Source of the DNA: Ignavibacteriales bacterium
Lineage (GTDB): Bacteria > Bacteroidota > Ignavibacteria > UBA10030 > UBA6906
Length of the DNA: 64,000 bases
Assembly (NCBI GenBank): GCA_037441705.1
Contig: JBBIRR010000007.1
Span: 24,187 to 88,186 of the forward strand
Direction of reading: 5' to 3'
The translations under genes were made by a program, and so were the position numbers. Positions within the stretch are counted from its first letter, which is position 1. The number at the start of each line of letters is the position of its first letter. This document shows positions 18,430 to 28,039 of the stretch, piece after piece. Under the pieces are notes generated by a model. That model was given only the letters and a program-made list of their open reading frames with translations, made no database searches and was not told the DNA's origin.

Positions 18430-19545
18430 TCAGACGAGGCTATCTATTCTCTCCTCTCTTTTTTCGTACTGCGAAAAGAGTTTCCCCCAGTGGGTGTTGG
18501 CCTTCCAGTCTTCGAACACCTTCCTATCCTTGAGCGGCCAGCGGTAGTAGTCGTGATACGCTTCCGATCCGAAGATGAACGCATGCACCATCGGCGTGCG
18601 GAAGAAGAGTTTCTGCATTCCTTTGAGCGGACCAAACCAGGCGAGATTGCCGAAGAGGCTGACGCCGTTGTTGCCGACGTGGAAGCCCCAGGATTCGTTC
18701 GAGATATCTGCTCCGACGATCTCGATCTCACGCACATCCCCCACGCCGAGCTTGTCTTGATGGGCAACGCGGATGTACTCGATGCTGAGCGGATCGAATC
18801 CCATCATCTTTGCCGCCACGGCATCAATCGCCACCTGATCAGCGCTTGCAAGGATGTAGTCCTTCACCACGGGATACATTGTGCGCGGGCCGGGGCCGTT
18901 GCCTGCGGTCGTTCCGTCCATCATCGCGAAGATGCCGGTGTGGATTTCCTTCTGGATCGCAAGTAAATCCACTAAGGTCCGGTGAATCCACGAGTGCGTG
19001 TAATGGCGTTTCGTGTTCAGCAATCCGCCGAAGGCATTCTTCATCGCGCCCGTTGTCGTCGTGTAGATGTGACACTTCACCGTCGGAAGGTGAACGATAT
19101 TCTTGCCGAAGAAATAATCGGGAATGGTGATGCCTTCGGGATAAATCATCTTCAGAACGTGCATGCGCGCCTTCGGCTCGTACGTTATCCACTTCATGTC
19201 CTCGTCTTTGAAGTTGAAGAGAACGGGAATGCCGTACTGCCGGAATATCGGGACGTAGTTGTTCAGGTCCTCGCCTTTGAACGCATCGGTCACGACCGTC
19301 TTGTTCTGCACGCAGCTCACGTCTCGGAACCCGAATTTCTTCAATGCCAGAATCGTCCCCTCCAACTGCCAGGGCGTGGTGTTGGCAGCCGGGAACGGGA
19401 AATGCCACGAGATGTTATCCTTGAGAATCGTCGGCGCGCCGACATCGAGCGCCTTGGGCATGCCGGCCATCTCGGCCAGACGCTGATAATCTTCGAGAAC
19501 GGTTTCGGGTGTGGTTTTGAGAACGGCGACTTTCGATCTCGTCAT
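18430..19545 (-). CDS. DUF362-domain protein
   Basis: ILKDNISWH, LPTVKCH...TTGAMKN.FG, DGTTAG.GPGP, DQVAIDAVAAKMMG. Confidence 0.75.
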   Translation of the reverse strand: MTRSKVAVLKTTPETVLEDYQRLAEMAGMPKALDVGAPTILKDNISWHFPFPAANTTPWQLEGTILALKKFGFRDVSCVQNKTVVTDAFKGEDLNNYVPIFRQYGIPVLFNFKDEDMKWITYEPKARMHVLKMIYPEGITIPDYFFGKNIVHLPTVKCHIYTTTTGAMKNAFGGLLNTKRHYTHSWIHRTLVDLLAIQKEIHTGIFAMMDGTTAGNGPGPRTMYPVVKDYILASADQVAIDAVAAKMMGFDPLSIEYIRVAHQDKLGVGDVREIEIVGADISNESWGFHVGNNGVSLFGNLAWFGPLKGMQKLFFRTPMVHAFIFGSEAYHDYYRWPLKDRKVFEDWKANTHWGKLFSQYEKREERIDSLV

Positions 19546-19554
19546 GGAACTTCC

Positions 19555-20151
19555 TTAGTGAACACTCCCGCCTTCGGGATTATCAAACTGCACTCTTGCA
19601 TAAACCTCGTTCATTGAGACGGCACACTCTAATGAGCGGAACAGCACTGTATCGTCAGGCGACGCGTAGGATGAGTACAACCATGAACCATCGGGCCGCC
19701 TCCAATACGTTTCAACCGAATAGTGATCCTGCGCCACGAGAAGATACTCTTGCGGGGAAGCCAGCTCGCGATACATTTCGAATTTCTTGCCCCTGTCATA
19801 AACTTCCGTGGATGGCGAGAGAACCTCGATGAGAACCGTCGGATTGGTCAACGTATCGTTCATTGCATCCACGAACTTGGGCCTCCCACAACCGACAATC
19901 GCATCTGGATATGTGTACAGTCCGTTTTCCCGAACATAGAGGCGAAGGTCTGTTGGATAAACAAAGCAATCCTTCGTCTTCAGCTGATTGCCCAATTCTC
20001 TCACAAGATGCGAAACAATAAGTGTATGCGCAGCGCTCGCGCCCGCTGTGGCAAACATCTCGCCGCCCTGATACTCGGACTTGCATTCAGCCCTGCACTC
20101 AATCTCTCAGTACTCTTCAGGCGTTATGTATCGTTTGGGGGCGGTGGACAT
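19555..20151 (-). pseudogene. Uma2-family PD-(D/E)xK endonuclease with in-frame TGA at codon 15
   Basis: From ATG 20151: MSTAPKRYITPEEY*EIECRAECKSEYQGGEMFA, continuing in frame into YPD and IEVLSPSTEVYDRGKKFEMY; TGA at 20109-20107. Confidence 0.75.
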
Positions 20152-20154
20152 GGC

Positions 20155-21822
20155 TCAGAACACAGCAATCTCTTCATGTACGCCGAACACTTCCGTCAGG
20201 CTCTGGCACATTTCTCCGAGCGTGACGTAGGCGCGCGTGCAATCAATCAAGTACGGCATCAAATTCTTGCCGTCTTCTGCTGCTTGCTTCAATGCACTCA
20301 GCGTTCGCGCCACCTCGGCATTGTTGCGCGACTGCCGCAGTTCGGCGAGGCGCTTGCGCTGTTTGATCTCGACTTCGGGAGAGATTTCCAGAATGGGGAT
20401 TTCAAGCTTCTCATCCTCTTCGACAAATTCGTTTACGCCGACGATGATCTTTTCCTTGTTGTCAAGCTCGAGTTGATAGCGATATGCCGCTTCGGCGATC
20501 TCCCGCTGGAAGAATCCCGCTTCGATCGCGGGAATCACACCGCCGAGAGCTTCAATTTTTTCGAAGTACGCCTCCGCCTCTTTCTCCATCTTGTCCGTCA
20601 ACGCTTCGATGAAGTAGCTGCCGCCGAGCGGATCAATCGTGTTGGTGACGCCGATTTCGTAAGCGATGATTTGCTGCGTGCGTAGAGCAATCTTGACGGC
20701 CTTCTCCGAAGGCAATGCGAGCGTCTCATCCATCGAGTTGGTGTGCAGCGACTGCGTCCCGCCCAGCACTCCGGCCAGGGCCTCAAACGCCGTGCGGATG
20801 ATGTTGTTTTCGGGCTGCTGCGCCGTGAGGGTACAGCCAGCGGTTTGCGTATGAAAGCGCAGCGTCCACGACCTCGGGTTCTTCGCCCCGTACTTGTAGC
20901 GCATGCGCTTTGCCCAGATCCTGCGTGCCGCGCGAAACTTGCAGATCTCTTCGAAGAAATCAATGTGCGAGTTGAAGAAGAACGACAGGCGCGGCGCAAA
21001 ACTGTCCACGTCCATACCCCGCTTGAGGCATTCCTCCACGTACGCGAATCCGTCCGCAAGCGTGAAGGCCAACTCCTGCACGGCAGTCGAGCCTGCCTCG
21101 CGGATATGATAGCCGCTCACCGAGACGGGATTCCACAGGGGCATCTCCTTCGAGCAGAACTCGATCATGTCGGCCACAATGCGCATCGATGGCTGCGGCG
21201 GATAGATCCATTCCTTTTGCGCGATGTATTCCTTCAAGATGTCGGTCTGGATGGTGCCGCGCAGTTCCTCGCGACGAGCACCCTGCTTCTCCGCAACGAC
21301 AATGTAGAAGGCCAGCATCATCGCCGCCGGCGCATTGATCGTCATGGATGTCGAGATGTCCTTTAACGAGATCCCCTTGAAGAGAATCTCCATGTCGCTA
21401 AGCGAGCTGACCGACACGCCGCAAATGCCGACCTCTCCCTCACTCATGGGATCATCGGCATCGCGTCCCATCAACGCGGGCAGGTCGAAGGCAACGGAAA
21501 GGCCCGTTTGCCCATGCTCGAGAAGGTAGTGATACCGGGCGTTCGTATCTTCCGGTGAGCCGAAGCCGGCAAACTGCCGCATCGTCCACAATTTGCCGCG
21601 GTACATGTTGTGATGGATGCCGCGCGTGTACGGAAACTCTCCCGGAAATCCTATGTCCGTCAGGTAGTTGAGATGAGCAATGTCTTCGGGCGTGTAGAGT
21701 AACTCAATCGGTTCGCCGCTGACGGTGGTGAACTTTGCCTGCAACTGACGTGAGGACTTCGCCGCTCTGGCTGCCCATTCCGCTTTCTTCTTCCGAATTT
21801 CGTCAACGCCGTTCGTGTTCAT
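20155..21822 (-). CDS. B12-dependent acyl-CoA mutase large subunit, isobutyryl-CoA mutase (IcmA)-like; no cobalamin-binding domain
   Basis: [53 protein letters not shown]. Confidence 0.85.
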   Translation of the reverse strand: MNTNGVDEIRKKKAEWAARAAKSSRQLQAKFTTVSGEPIELLYTPEDIAHLNYLTDIGFPGEFPYTRGIHHNMYRGKLWTMRQFAGFGSPEDTNARYHYLLEHGQTGLSVAFDLPALMGRDADDPMSEGEVGICGVSVSSLSDMEILFKGISLKDISTSMTINAPAAMMLAFYIVVAEKQGARREELRGTIQTDILKEYIAQKEWIYPPQPSMRIVADMIEFCSKEMPLWNPVSVSGYHIREAGSTAVQELAFTLADGFAYVEECLKRGMDVDSFAPRLSFFFNSHIDFFEEICKFRAARRIWAKRMRYKYGAKNPRSWTLRFHTQTAGCTLTAQQPENNIIRTAFEALAGVLGGTQSLHTNSMDETLALPSEKAVKIALRTQQIIAYEIGVTNTIDPLGGSYFIEALTDKMEKEAEAYFEKIEALGGVIPAIEAGFFQREIAEAAYRYQLELDNKEKIIVGVNEFVEEDEKLEIPILEISPEVEIKQRKRLAELRQSRNNAEVARTLSALKQAAEDGKNLMPYLIDCTRAYVTLGEMCQSLTEVFGVHEEIAVF

Positions 21823-21941
21823 GGATTTTTTCTCTGTCTCTTGTCAATGTTGTGTGGAAGAAATTAACGAAGAAAGCCCCTGAAGTTCAATACAACCATC
21901 AGGCTCTGTGAGGGAAACGACATGCTCCTGTGCGCGATCGC

Positions 21942-23393
21942 TCAGCGAACGAGCATGAGTTTCTTTGTTTGTACATGATTTCCTGCTCGCAAACGATAGT
22001 AGTACATACCGCTCGAAAGCCCATCGGCATGAAAGACCACCTCGTGCAGGCCCGCCATTCGCCGCTCGCCGGCGATTAAGCGACGTACTTCACGACCGAG
22101 AAGGTCTACAATTACCAGCGACACGTCCGCCGCTTCCGGAAGGCGGAACGAGATTCTTGTTGTAGGGTTAAATGGATTGGGATAGTTCTGAAGCAGCTCA
22201 AACGACCCAATCTGCTCCTGAGGCGCCACGCCCGTCACTGCCGAAACCTGCACGGGGTTGGAAAACCGCACCGTGCTGTCGAGATCGATCTGACGCAAAC
22301 GATACTGAAGGGCGCTTGAAGGGGCGGACGCATCAACGAACTCGTACTGTTGCGGCTCGCCGGGTGACCCGCGACGAGGAATGAAGCTGTTCGGAAGAAT
22401 GCTAAACTCTAACTCGCCAGCCGCACGTCGCTCCACATAATAGCCGGCATGCTCACGCTCTCCCGGCGTTGACCACGCCACCCGAACTCTCCCTTCGCCA
22501 ATCCTTGACGCCACAACCGACGAAAGATGAGAAAGAGGCACCTCGGCAATGCGTATCATCCAACCGTTTCGCCACGCGGCGTTGCAGAAGTTGAGCAGCA
22601 GCGTCGTGTCGATCGGCTCGCCGTGATAAACCCACAGCCCGTTCAATTCCAACAGGTTCGCATGCGGCAGCAAGATGTCGTATTCATCCTCTCGACCGCG
22701 AATCCACGTCATCGTGAATTTTGGACCGAAGATGTTTTTCATCGCGCTCCAGCTCGGACGCTGATCATAGGCAATTGGGATGAACGCGACCTCGCTCGAG
22801 TCGCCCCATCCCAAATTCGGCGTGCAGAAGGTTGTGGTGAGTTCAGCCCAGTTCACGTAGGAACTGTACAGGATTCTGTCAACGTACTCGCCGAGGATTC
22901 TCAGATGGCTGCACCGCTTGTATCCGCTGGAGGCGAAGAAAGCTCCGGGACGGCGCTGATGAACGTAGTCCCGCAACGCAGCAAGCTCCTGCGGTGAATG
23001 AATAGGCCCGGCACTGGGCGCCCCGGCACAATTGTGTTCCACCGCTTCGTCAACATAGTACATCGCGGCGGCGAAAGCATCAACGGCATAGAAACCGAAG
23101 CCGTACGAGAAGTGAACCTTCATGTTCTGCGGAGCGTAACCTGCCTGCACTGCGGCTTCATAATGCGATGGGGACGCGGGCACACCAAGATAGTTAAAGC
23201 CGTACCGCGTGCGCATCTGTACAAGGCGCTCCACCGTCCACACGTCGGGCCACACACCAATGATTTTCTCAGGCTTCGCTGCAAAGCGGTAAGAGGAATC
23301 CGGATTGGCACTCCACGCGTTCTCATGCGCCACGAAAAACACCGTCAAGGCAAGTCCTAAGCCCCGCAGTACTTTCGACGCTGAATGCTTCAT
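21942..23393 (-). CDS. Secreted T9SS-cargo protein with unassigned N-terminal domain
   Basis: Signal peptide, YRLRQIDLD FN3-like segment, QNYPNPFNPTT...KKLMLVR C-terminal domain. Confidence 0.75.
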   Translation of the reverse strand: MKHSASKVLRGLGLALTVFFVAHENAWSANPDSSYRFAAKPEKIIGVWPDVWTVERLVQMRTRYGFNYLGVPASPSHYEAAVQAGYAPQNMKVHFSYGFGFYAVDAFAAAMYYVDEAVEHNCAGAPSAGPIHSPQELAALRDYVHQRRPGAFFASSGYKRCSHLRILGEYVDRILYSSYVNWAELTTTFCTPNLGWGDSSEVAFIPIAYDQRPSWSAMKNIFGPKFTMTWIRGREDEYDILLPHANLLELNGLWVYHGEPIDTTLLLNFCNAAWRNGWMIRIAEVPLSHLSSVVASRIGEGRVRVAWSTPGEREHAGYYVERRAAGELEFSILPNSFIPRRGSPGEPQQYEFVDASAPSSALQYRLRQIDLDSTVRFSNPVQVSAVTGVAPQEQIGSFELLQNYPNPFNPTTRISFRLPEAADVSLVIVDLLGREVRRLIAGERRMAGLHEVVFHADGLSSGMYYYRLRAGNHVQTKKLMLVR

Positions 23394-23450
23394 AAATCCC
23401 TCCTTGGTTATCGTCTTTTTTCGGTCCGTCCTTGAGCCGAACGAAAAGAG

Positions 23451-25292
23451 TCACGTCCGCCCGAATCGCCGATCCAGCTCATCAATGGATATCTTGAGCG
23501 CGATGGGCCTCCCGTGCGGGCAGACGTACGGCATCGTGCAGGCAAAGAGTTGCTCGAGCAGCGAGCGCATCTCATTTTCGTTCAATACATCACCGGCTTT
23601 GATCGCGGCGCGGCACGCATACGACTTCGCAAGCGTATCCCGTGCGTCAACCACTTTGTGCTGTTGATATTCCCGATAAAGCGTGAGGACATCGAGGATG
23701 ATGTTTGCCGACGTATCCGACGCGAGATCGGCAGGCACGCCTTCGAGCACAACCGTGTTCTTGCCAAACACTTTCACAGCGAATCCTAAGTACTCGAAAT
23801 GTGGGAGAAGTTCCTCAAGCTGCGCGAAGTCGGCAGGCGCGAGTTGAAGCGTTTGCGGAAAGAGGAGTTGTTGAACAGCCTGCGCGTGACGTTCACCGTT
23901 CCGAAGGGCACGTTCATACAGCACGCGTTCATGCGCAACGTGCTGATCGACCACCAGCAGTCCCTGTTCGATCGGCGTCAGAATATACTTCTTGTGGAGC
24001 TGCCAGATGGCCGACGCTGACCCTTTTCTCACCAACTGCTCGAAGCGGCTTGCAGTCATCGCAGCTTCCGTTCTCTCTGCTCCGAGAAGCTGTGCGGCAA
24101 TCTCCGCCCCATCATGCCCGCGCATCGTCAGGCCGTCCCAATGCTCACGTCTTTCATAGGAAGGCAAAGCAGGCCCGAGGATCTCGCCCGTAGTCGGATT
24201 CACGAGTTCATTCCCCATGGCGTGCTGCCGTCTGGTGAACGCCAGCCCCATCTCGCCTCCATCGTCTCCCTGCCGTGTTACTGAGAGAGTCGGAATGAGG
24301 TCATGCGCTGCAAGCGTTCTCCGAACGAGTGAGGAAACAAAGTGGTAAATATGCTGCTCGTCCTCGAACTTTGCTTCTAACTTCGAAGGATGGACGTTGA
24401 CATCTACACGATGCGGATCGATAGTAAGGAAGAGGAGAAAGAATGGAAATGTGCCTTTGACGAGGAGGTTCTCGTAGGCGGAGAACACGGCGTGACTGAT
24501 ATTGCGGCTGATAATGTAGCGTCCGTTGAGAAAAAGGTATTGGTTAGCGCGACTCTTCTGCCCGAACGTCGGTTTGCCGACGTAGCCGCGCACGCCGAGT
24601 AACTCACTCTCTTCTTCTGCCCACACCATGGCCTCGACCTGCCGCTGGCCGAAGATATCAAGCATTCGTTCGTGGAGCGTGCCGGGCTTGAGAGCAAGAA
24701 TCGTTTCATCATCACTGATGAACGTGAGAGCAATTTCGGGATGACTGAGCGCGATGCGCTGCACGGCTTCCGCGATGTGGCGGAATTCCGTGCTTGTGGC
24801 CTTGAGAAACTTGCGGCGAGCCGGGGTGTTGAAGAACAGGTTCTGCACCGTCACCGATGTCCCCGGCTCACGCGCCTCACGCGAGATGCGCGGGGGTCCG
24901 CCGCCGTCAATCTGCACTACAACTGCCACATCATCGTCGGGCCGGCGGGTCTTCATCGTTACACGCGCAACCGCCGCAATCGAGGCAAGCGCTTCGCCGC
25001 GAAAGCCATACGTGCGGATCGCCTCCAAATCTTCTGCCGAGACAATCTTGCTGGTGGCGTGACGCAGAAACGCCGTGACGGCATCCTGCTCATCCATCCC
25101 TCCACCATCATCTACCACCTGAATGAGCTTCTTCCCACCTTCTTTCACAACCACGAGAATGCTCCTGGCCCCAGCATCGAGTGAGTTCTCTAACAATTCC
25201 TTCACCACCGATTCCGGTCGCTGGATAACCTCGCCGGCGGCGATTTGATTGGCAAGATGTTCCGGAAGAACTTGTACCCGACGGAAGCTCAT
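23451..25292 (-). CDS. mutL: DNA mismatch repair endonuclease MutL
   Basis: IAAGEVI, GFRGEAL, DVNVHPSK, DQHVAHER..YE, CRAAIKAG, CPHGRP. Confidence 0.96.
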   Translation of the reverse strand: MSFRRVQVLPEHLANQIAAGEVIQRPESVVKELLENSLDAGARSILVVVKEGGKKLIQVVDDGGGMDEQDAVTAFLRHATSKIVSAEDLEAIRTYGFRGEALASIAAVARVTMKTRRPDDDVAVVVQIDGGGPPRISREAREPGTSVTVQNLFFNTPARRKFLKATSTEFRHIAEAVQRIALSHPEIALTFISDDETILALKPGTLHERMLDIFGQRQVEAMVWAEEESELLGVRGYVGKPTFGQKSRANQYLFLNGRYIISRNISHAVFSAYENLLVKGTFPFFLLFLTIDPHRVDVNVHPSKLEAKFEDEQHIYHFVSSLVRRTLAAHDLIPTLSVTRQGDDGGEMGLAFTRRQHAMGNELVNPTTGEILGPALPSYERREHWDGLTMRGHDGAEIAAQLLGAERTEAAMTASRFEQLVRKGSASAIWQLHKKYILTPIEQGLLVVDQHVAHERVLYERALRNGERHAQAVQQLLFPQTLQLAPADFAQLEELLPHFEYLGFAVKVFGKNTVVLEGVPADLASDTSANIILDVLTLYREYQQHKVVDARDTLAKSYACRAAIKAGDVLNENEMRSLLEQLFACTMPYVCPHGRPIALKISIDELDRRFGRT

Positions 25293-25394
25293 AAGTAGCG
25301 TGAGCAGTTTAGGGATCGGTGAAGTGGCGATTCATTGTGGAGAGGGTAGATGTTGTAGTGAACGCCGGAAAACGCATCGTCAATCCACCCCTCT

Positions 25395-26330
25395 TCAGTC
25401 TTGTTCGAATAACGCCTCAACAAACGCTTCTTTATCAAACGGCTGCAGGTCATCAATCTTTTCTCCTACACCCACATACTTGATGGGCAGGTTCATCTCG
25501 CGGCTGATGGCAAGGACGATTCCCCCTTTTGCCGTCCCGTCGAGCTTCGTCAGAACAAGCCCGGTGACACCCGCGGCAGCGTCGAACTGCTTTGCCTGCC
25601 GAAGCCCGTTCTGTCCGGTTGATGCATCAATCACCAAGAGTACTTCATGGGGGAAGGCAGGATTCAGCTTCGCCACGACTCGTCGAATCTTTTTCAGTTC
25701 TTCCATTAAGTTGACCTTCGTGTGCAGGCGTCCCGCCGTGTCGATGATAACAACATCGGCCCGATGCGCGATCGCTGATTTCACCGCATCGAAAGCGACG
25801 GCTGCGGGGTCCGAGCCGGGCTGCTGCTGGATGACCTGAGCACCGGCGCGTTTCGCCCAAATTTCCAACTGCTCATTCGCTGCCGCGCGGAACGTGTCGG
25901 CCGAACCGATGACGACGTTCTTGCCTGCTCTTGTGTAGATGTGTGCTAACTTGCCGATCGTGGTTGTCTTGCCGACACCATTGATGCCGACGACCATGAT
26001 GACGTACGGCGTTTCGGCGGGAAGCTGAAACGGGTCGAATACCGCATCGGTCGAGGCAAGCTGTCGTTGGATTTCATCCTTGAGGAGCCGCTGCAGCTCC
26101 GATGCGTTGGCGTAGCGTTCCTGCTTCACGCGCATGCGAATGGCCTCGATGATGGCAAGCGAAGCCTCAACGCCAACGTCCGCACCGATGAGAATCTCTT
26201 CGAGCTGATCGAGCGTAGCATCGTCAATCGTGGATTTCGTGGTCACCAACCGGGTCACTTTGCCGAGAAAACCTTCCCGGGTTTTGCTCAGACCTTCTTT
26301 CAGTTTGGAGAGTTTGTCCAACAACGCCAT
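25395..26330 (-). CDS. ftsY: SRP receptor FtsY
   Basis: GINGVGKTTTIGKLA, DTFRAAA, DTAGRL, TKLDGTAKGG. Confidence 0.96.
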   Translation of the reverse strand: MALLDKLSKLKEGLSKTREGFLGKVTRLVTTKSTIDDATLDQLEEILIGADVGVEASLAIIEAIRMRVKQERYANASELQRLLKDEIQRQLASTDAVFDPFQLPAETPYVIMVVGINGVGKTTTIGKLAHIYTRAGKNVVIGSADTFRAAANEQLEIWAKRAGAQVIQQQPGSDPAAVAFDAVKSAIAHRADVVIIDTAGRLHTKVNLMEELKKIRRVVAKLNPAFPHEVLLVIDASTGQNGLRQAKQFDAAAGVTGLVLTKLDGTAKGGIVLAISREMNLPIKYVGVGEKIDDLQPFDKEAFVEALFEQD

Positions 26331-26405
26331 GATGGTGAAGACTCGTGTGAATCGCTTCGCGGGTTCGCCGCAAGGGAATTCCATTTCTGCCTGCACCCAT
26401 GATAC

Positions 26406-26434
26406 AAAAAAGCCCCACGAAAAACTCGCGGGGC
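26406..26434 (-). terminator. Intrinsic terminator after pirin
   Basis: GCCCCGCGA/TCGTGGGGC stem followed by TTTTTT on the minus strand. Confidence 0.6.
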
Positions 26435-26475
26435 CTATGCCTGAACGCAGTACGATAGACGGACGAGCCGGGAGT

Positions 26476-27384
26476 TCACCGCTTCCTGATGAAGGTGCCG
26501 CGCTGCAGATCCTCGAACGCTTGCTGCAGTTCTTCCTGCGTGTTCATGACAATCGGGCCATACCACGCCACCGGTTCCTTGAGCGGCTGACCGGAGACGA
26601 GCAGAAACCGGATTCCCTCCTCGCCTGCGTGCACGACGATCTCATCGCCGCTGTCGAAGAGAACGAGTGAGCGATTGCCGGTCATTTCACGAACGGGGGC
26701 ATCCTCATTCGTCCCCACGCGTTCGGTCAGCACGCCGAATGGTGCCGATGCGTCGCGAAACGTCCCCGACCCGTCGAAAACATACGCGAAGGCATTGCGG
26801 GAGGATTCGACAGGGATGTGCTTTCGCCGGTGCGGCGGAACCCAGATGTCGAGATAGCGCGGGTCGGCCGCGATGCCCTCAACCGGTCCGCGCTTGCCCC
26901 AGAACCCTCCGCAAATGACACGCACACGCGTGCCGTCGTCGTCCGTCACTTCAGGAATCTCGCCGCCGGGAATATCCTGATAGCGTGGGTCGGTCATCTT
27001 CAGCGACGAGGGAAGGTTCGCCCAGAGCTGAAAGCCGTGCATCGTTCCCTGCTCGTTGCCCCGCGGCATTTCTTGATGGAGAATGCCGCTGCCGGCGGTC
27101 ATCCACTGCACATCTCCTCCCCCAAGCGTGCCGGAGTTGCCGAGACTATCTTTGTGATGGACGCTTCCTGCCAGAACATACGTGATGGTCTCAATCCCAC
27201 GATGCGGGTGCCATGGGAAGCCTGCGAGATAATCTTCCGGATTCTCGTTGCGGAAATCATCTAACAACAAGAACGGATCATAGTCGCCCGTCTGGCCAAA
27301 TCCGAACGCGCGGCGTAGCTTCACGCCCGCCCCTTCGATCGTTGGCCTCGATTGCACAATGCGTTTCACCGGCCGAATAGACAT
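26476..27384 (-). CDS. Pirin-family protein
   Basis: DPFLLLD, GFPWHPHRGIETITY, QWMTAGSGILHQE, GPIVMNT. Confidence 0.93.
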   Translation of the reverse strand: MSIRPVKRIVQSRPTIEGAGVKLRRAFGFGQTGDYDPFLLLDDFRNENPEDYLAGFPWHPHRGIETITYVLAGSVHHKDSLGNSGTLGGGDVQWMTAGSGILHQEMPRGNEQGTMHGFQLWANLPSSLKMTDPRYQDIPGGEIPEVTDDDGTRVRVICGGFWGKRGPVEGIAADPRYLDIWVPPHRRKHIPVESSRNAFAYVFDGSGTFRDASAPFGVLTERVGTNEDAPVREMTGNRSLVLFDSGDEIVVHAGEEGIRFLLVSGQPLKEPVAWYGPIVMNTQEELQQAFEDLQRGTFIRKR

Positions 27385-27468
27385 GGTGTCTCCTTCTCAT
27401 GAATGTGGTACACTCCTGAAAACATACGCAGCGTCATGACCGTTCCGCGTGAGCTTGTAGAACGCGCA

Positions 27469-28011
27469 TCAGACCGACGTCCGCCGCAGAGCTCTCACGA
27501 AAACCGCCGCGTACAACCCGAGGGACGCAATCAGCATCACAACGCTCAGCCCGATGGCTCCGTCCATCACCGGACCGCGAACGTTCAGCATCGCCAACGC
27601 CATCGTTGCCGCAAGGACGCCGATCGTCCACTTGCCGAGGAGGTTGGATTGTTCCACGATGCCGCGTCTCCGTTTCAGATACATCCCGCCAGCAAGAATC
27701 AGCACGTCGCGCGCAACGATTGCCAGAAGAAACCACAGCGGAATCTGTCCGAGCTGCACCAGCACGATCGCGACGACAGCGATACCGATTTTGTCTGCGA
27801 GCGGGTCGAGGATTTTCCCCCACTCGGTAATTTGATTGTACCTGCGCGCTATGACGCCGTCGAGCTTGTCGGTAAGGGCGGCGATCCCGAGAAGCGCAAG
27901 CCCCCACAGCCGTGCGTTGGGAACATCGGAAAGCATAATCATGACAAACGGAACACTCAGCGCAGCGCGCGTGATGCTGAGAATATTTGAGATGGTAAAG
28001 AATCGCTGCAA
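27469..28011 (-). CDS. CDP-alcohol phosphatidyltransferase (PgsA-like)
   Basis: DKLDG.IAR.....T.WGKILDPLADK signature. Confidence 0.88.
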   Translation of the reverse strand: MQRFFTISNILSITRAALSVPFVMIMLSDVPNARLWGLALLGIAALTDKLDGVIARRYNQITEWGKILDPLADKIGIAVVAIVLVQLGQIPLWFLLAIVARDVLILAGGMYLKRRRGIVEQSNLLGKWTIGVLAATMALAMLNVRGPVMDGAIGLSVVMLIASLGLYAAVFVRALRRTSV

Positions 28012-28039
28012 AGGGATTGATGGATTGGTGGAGATGATC

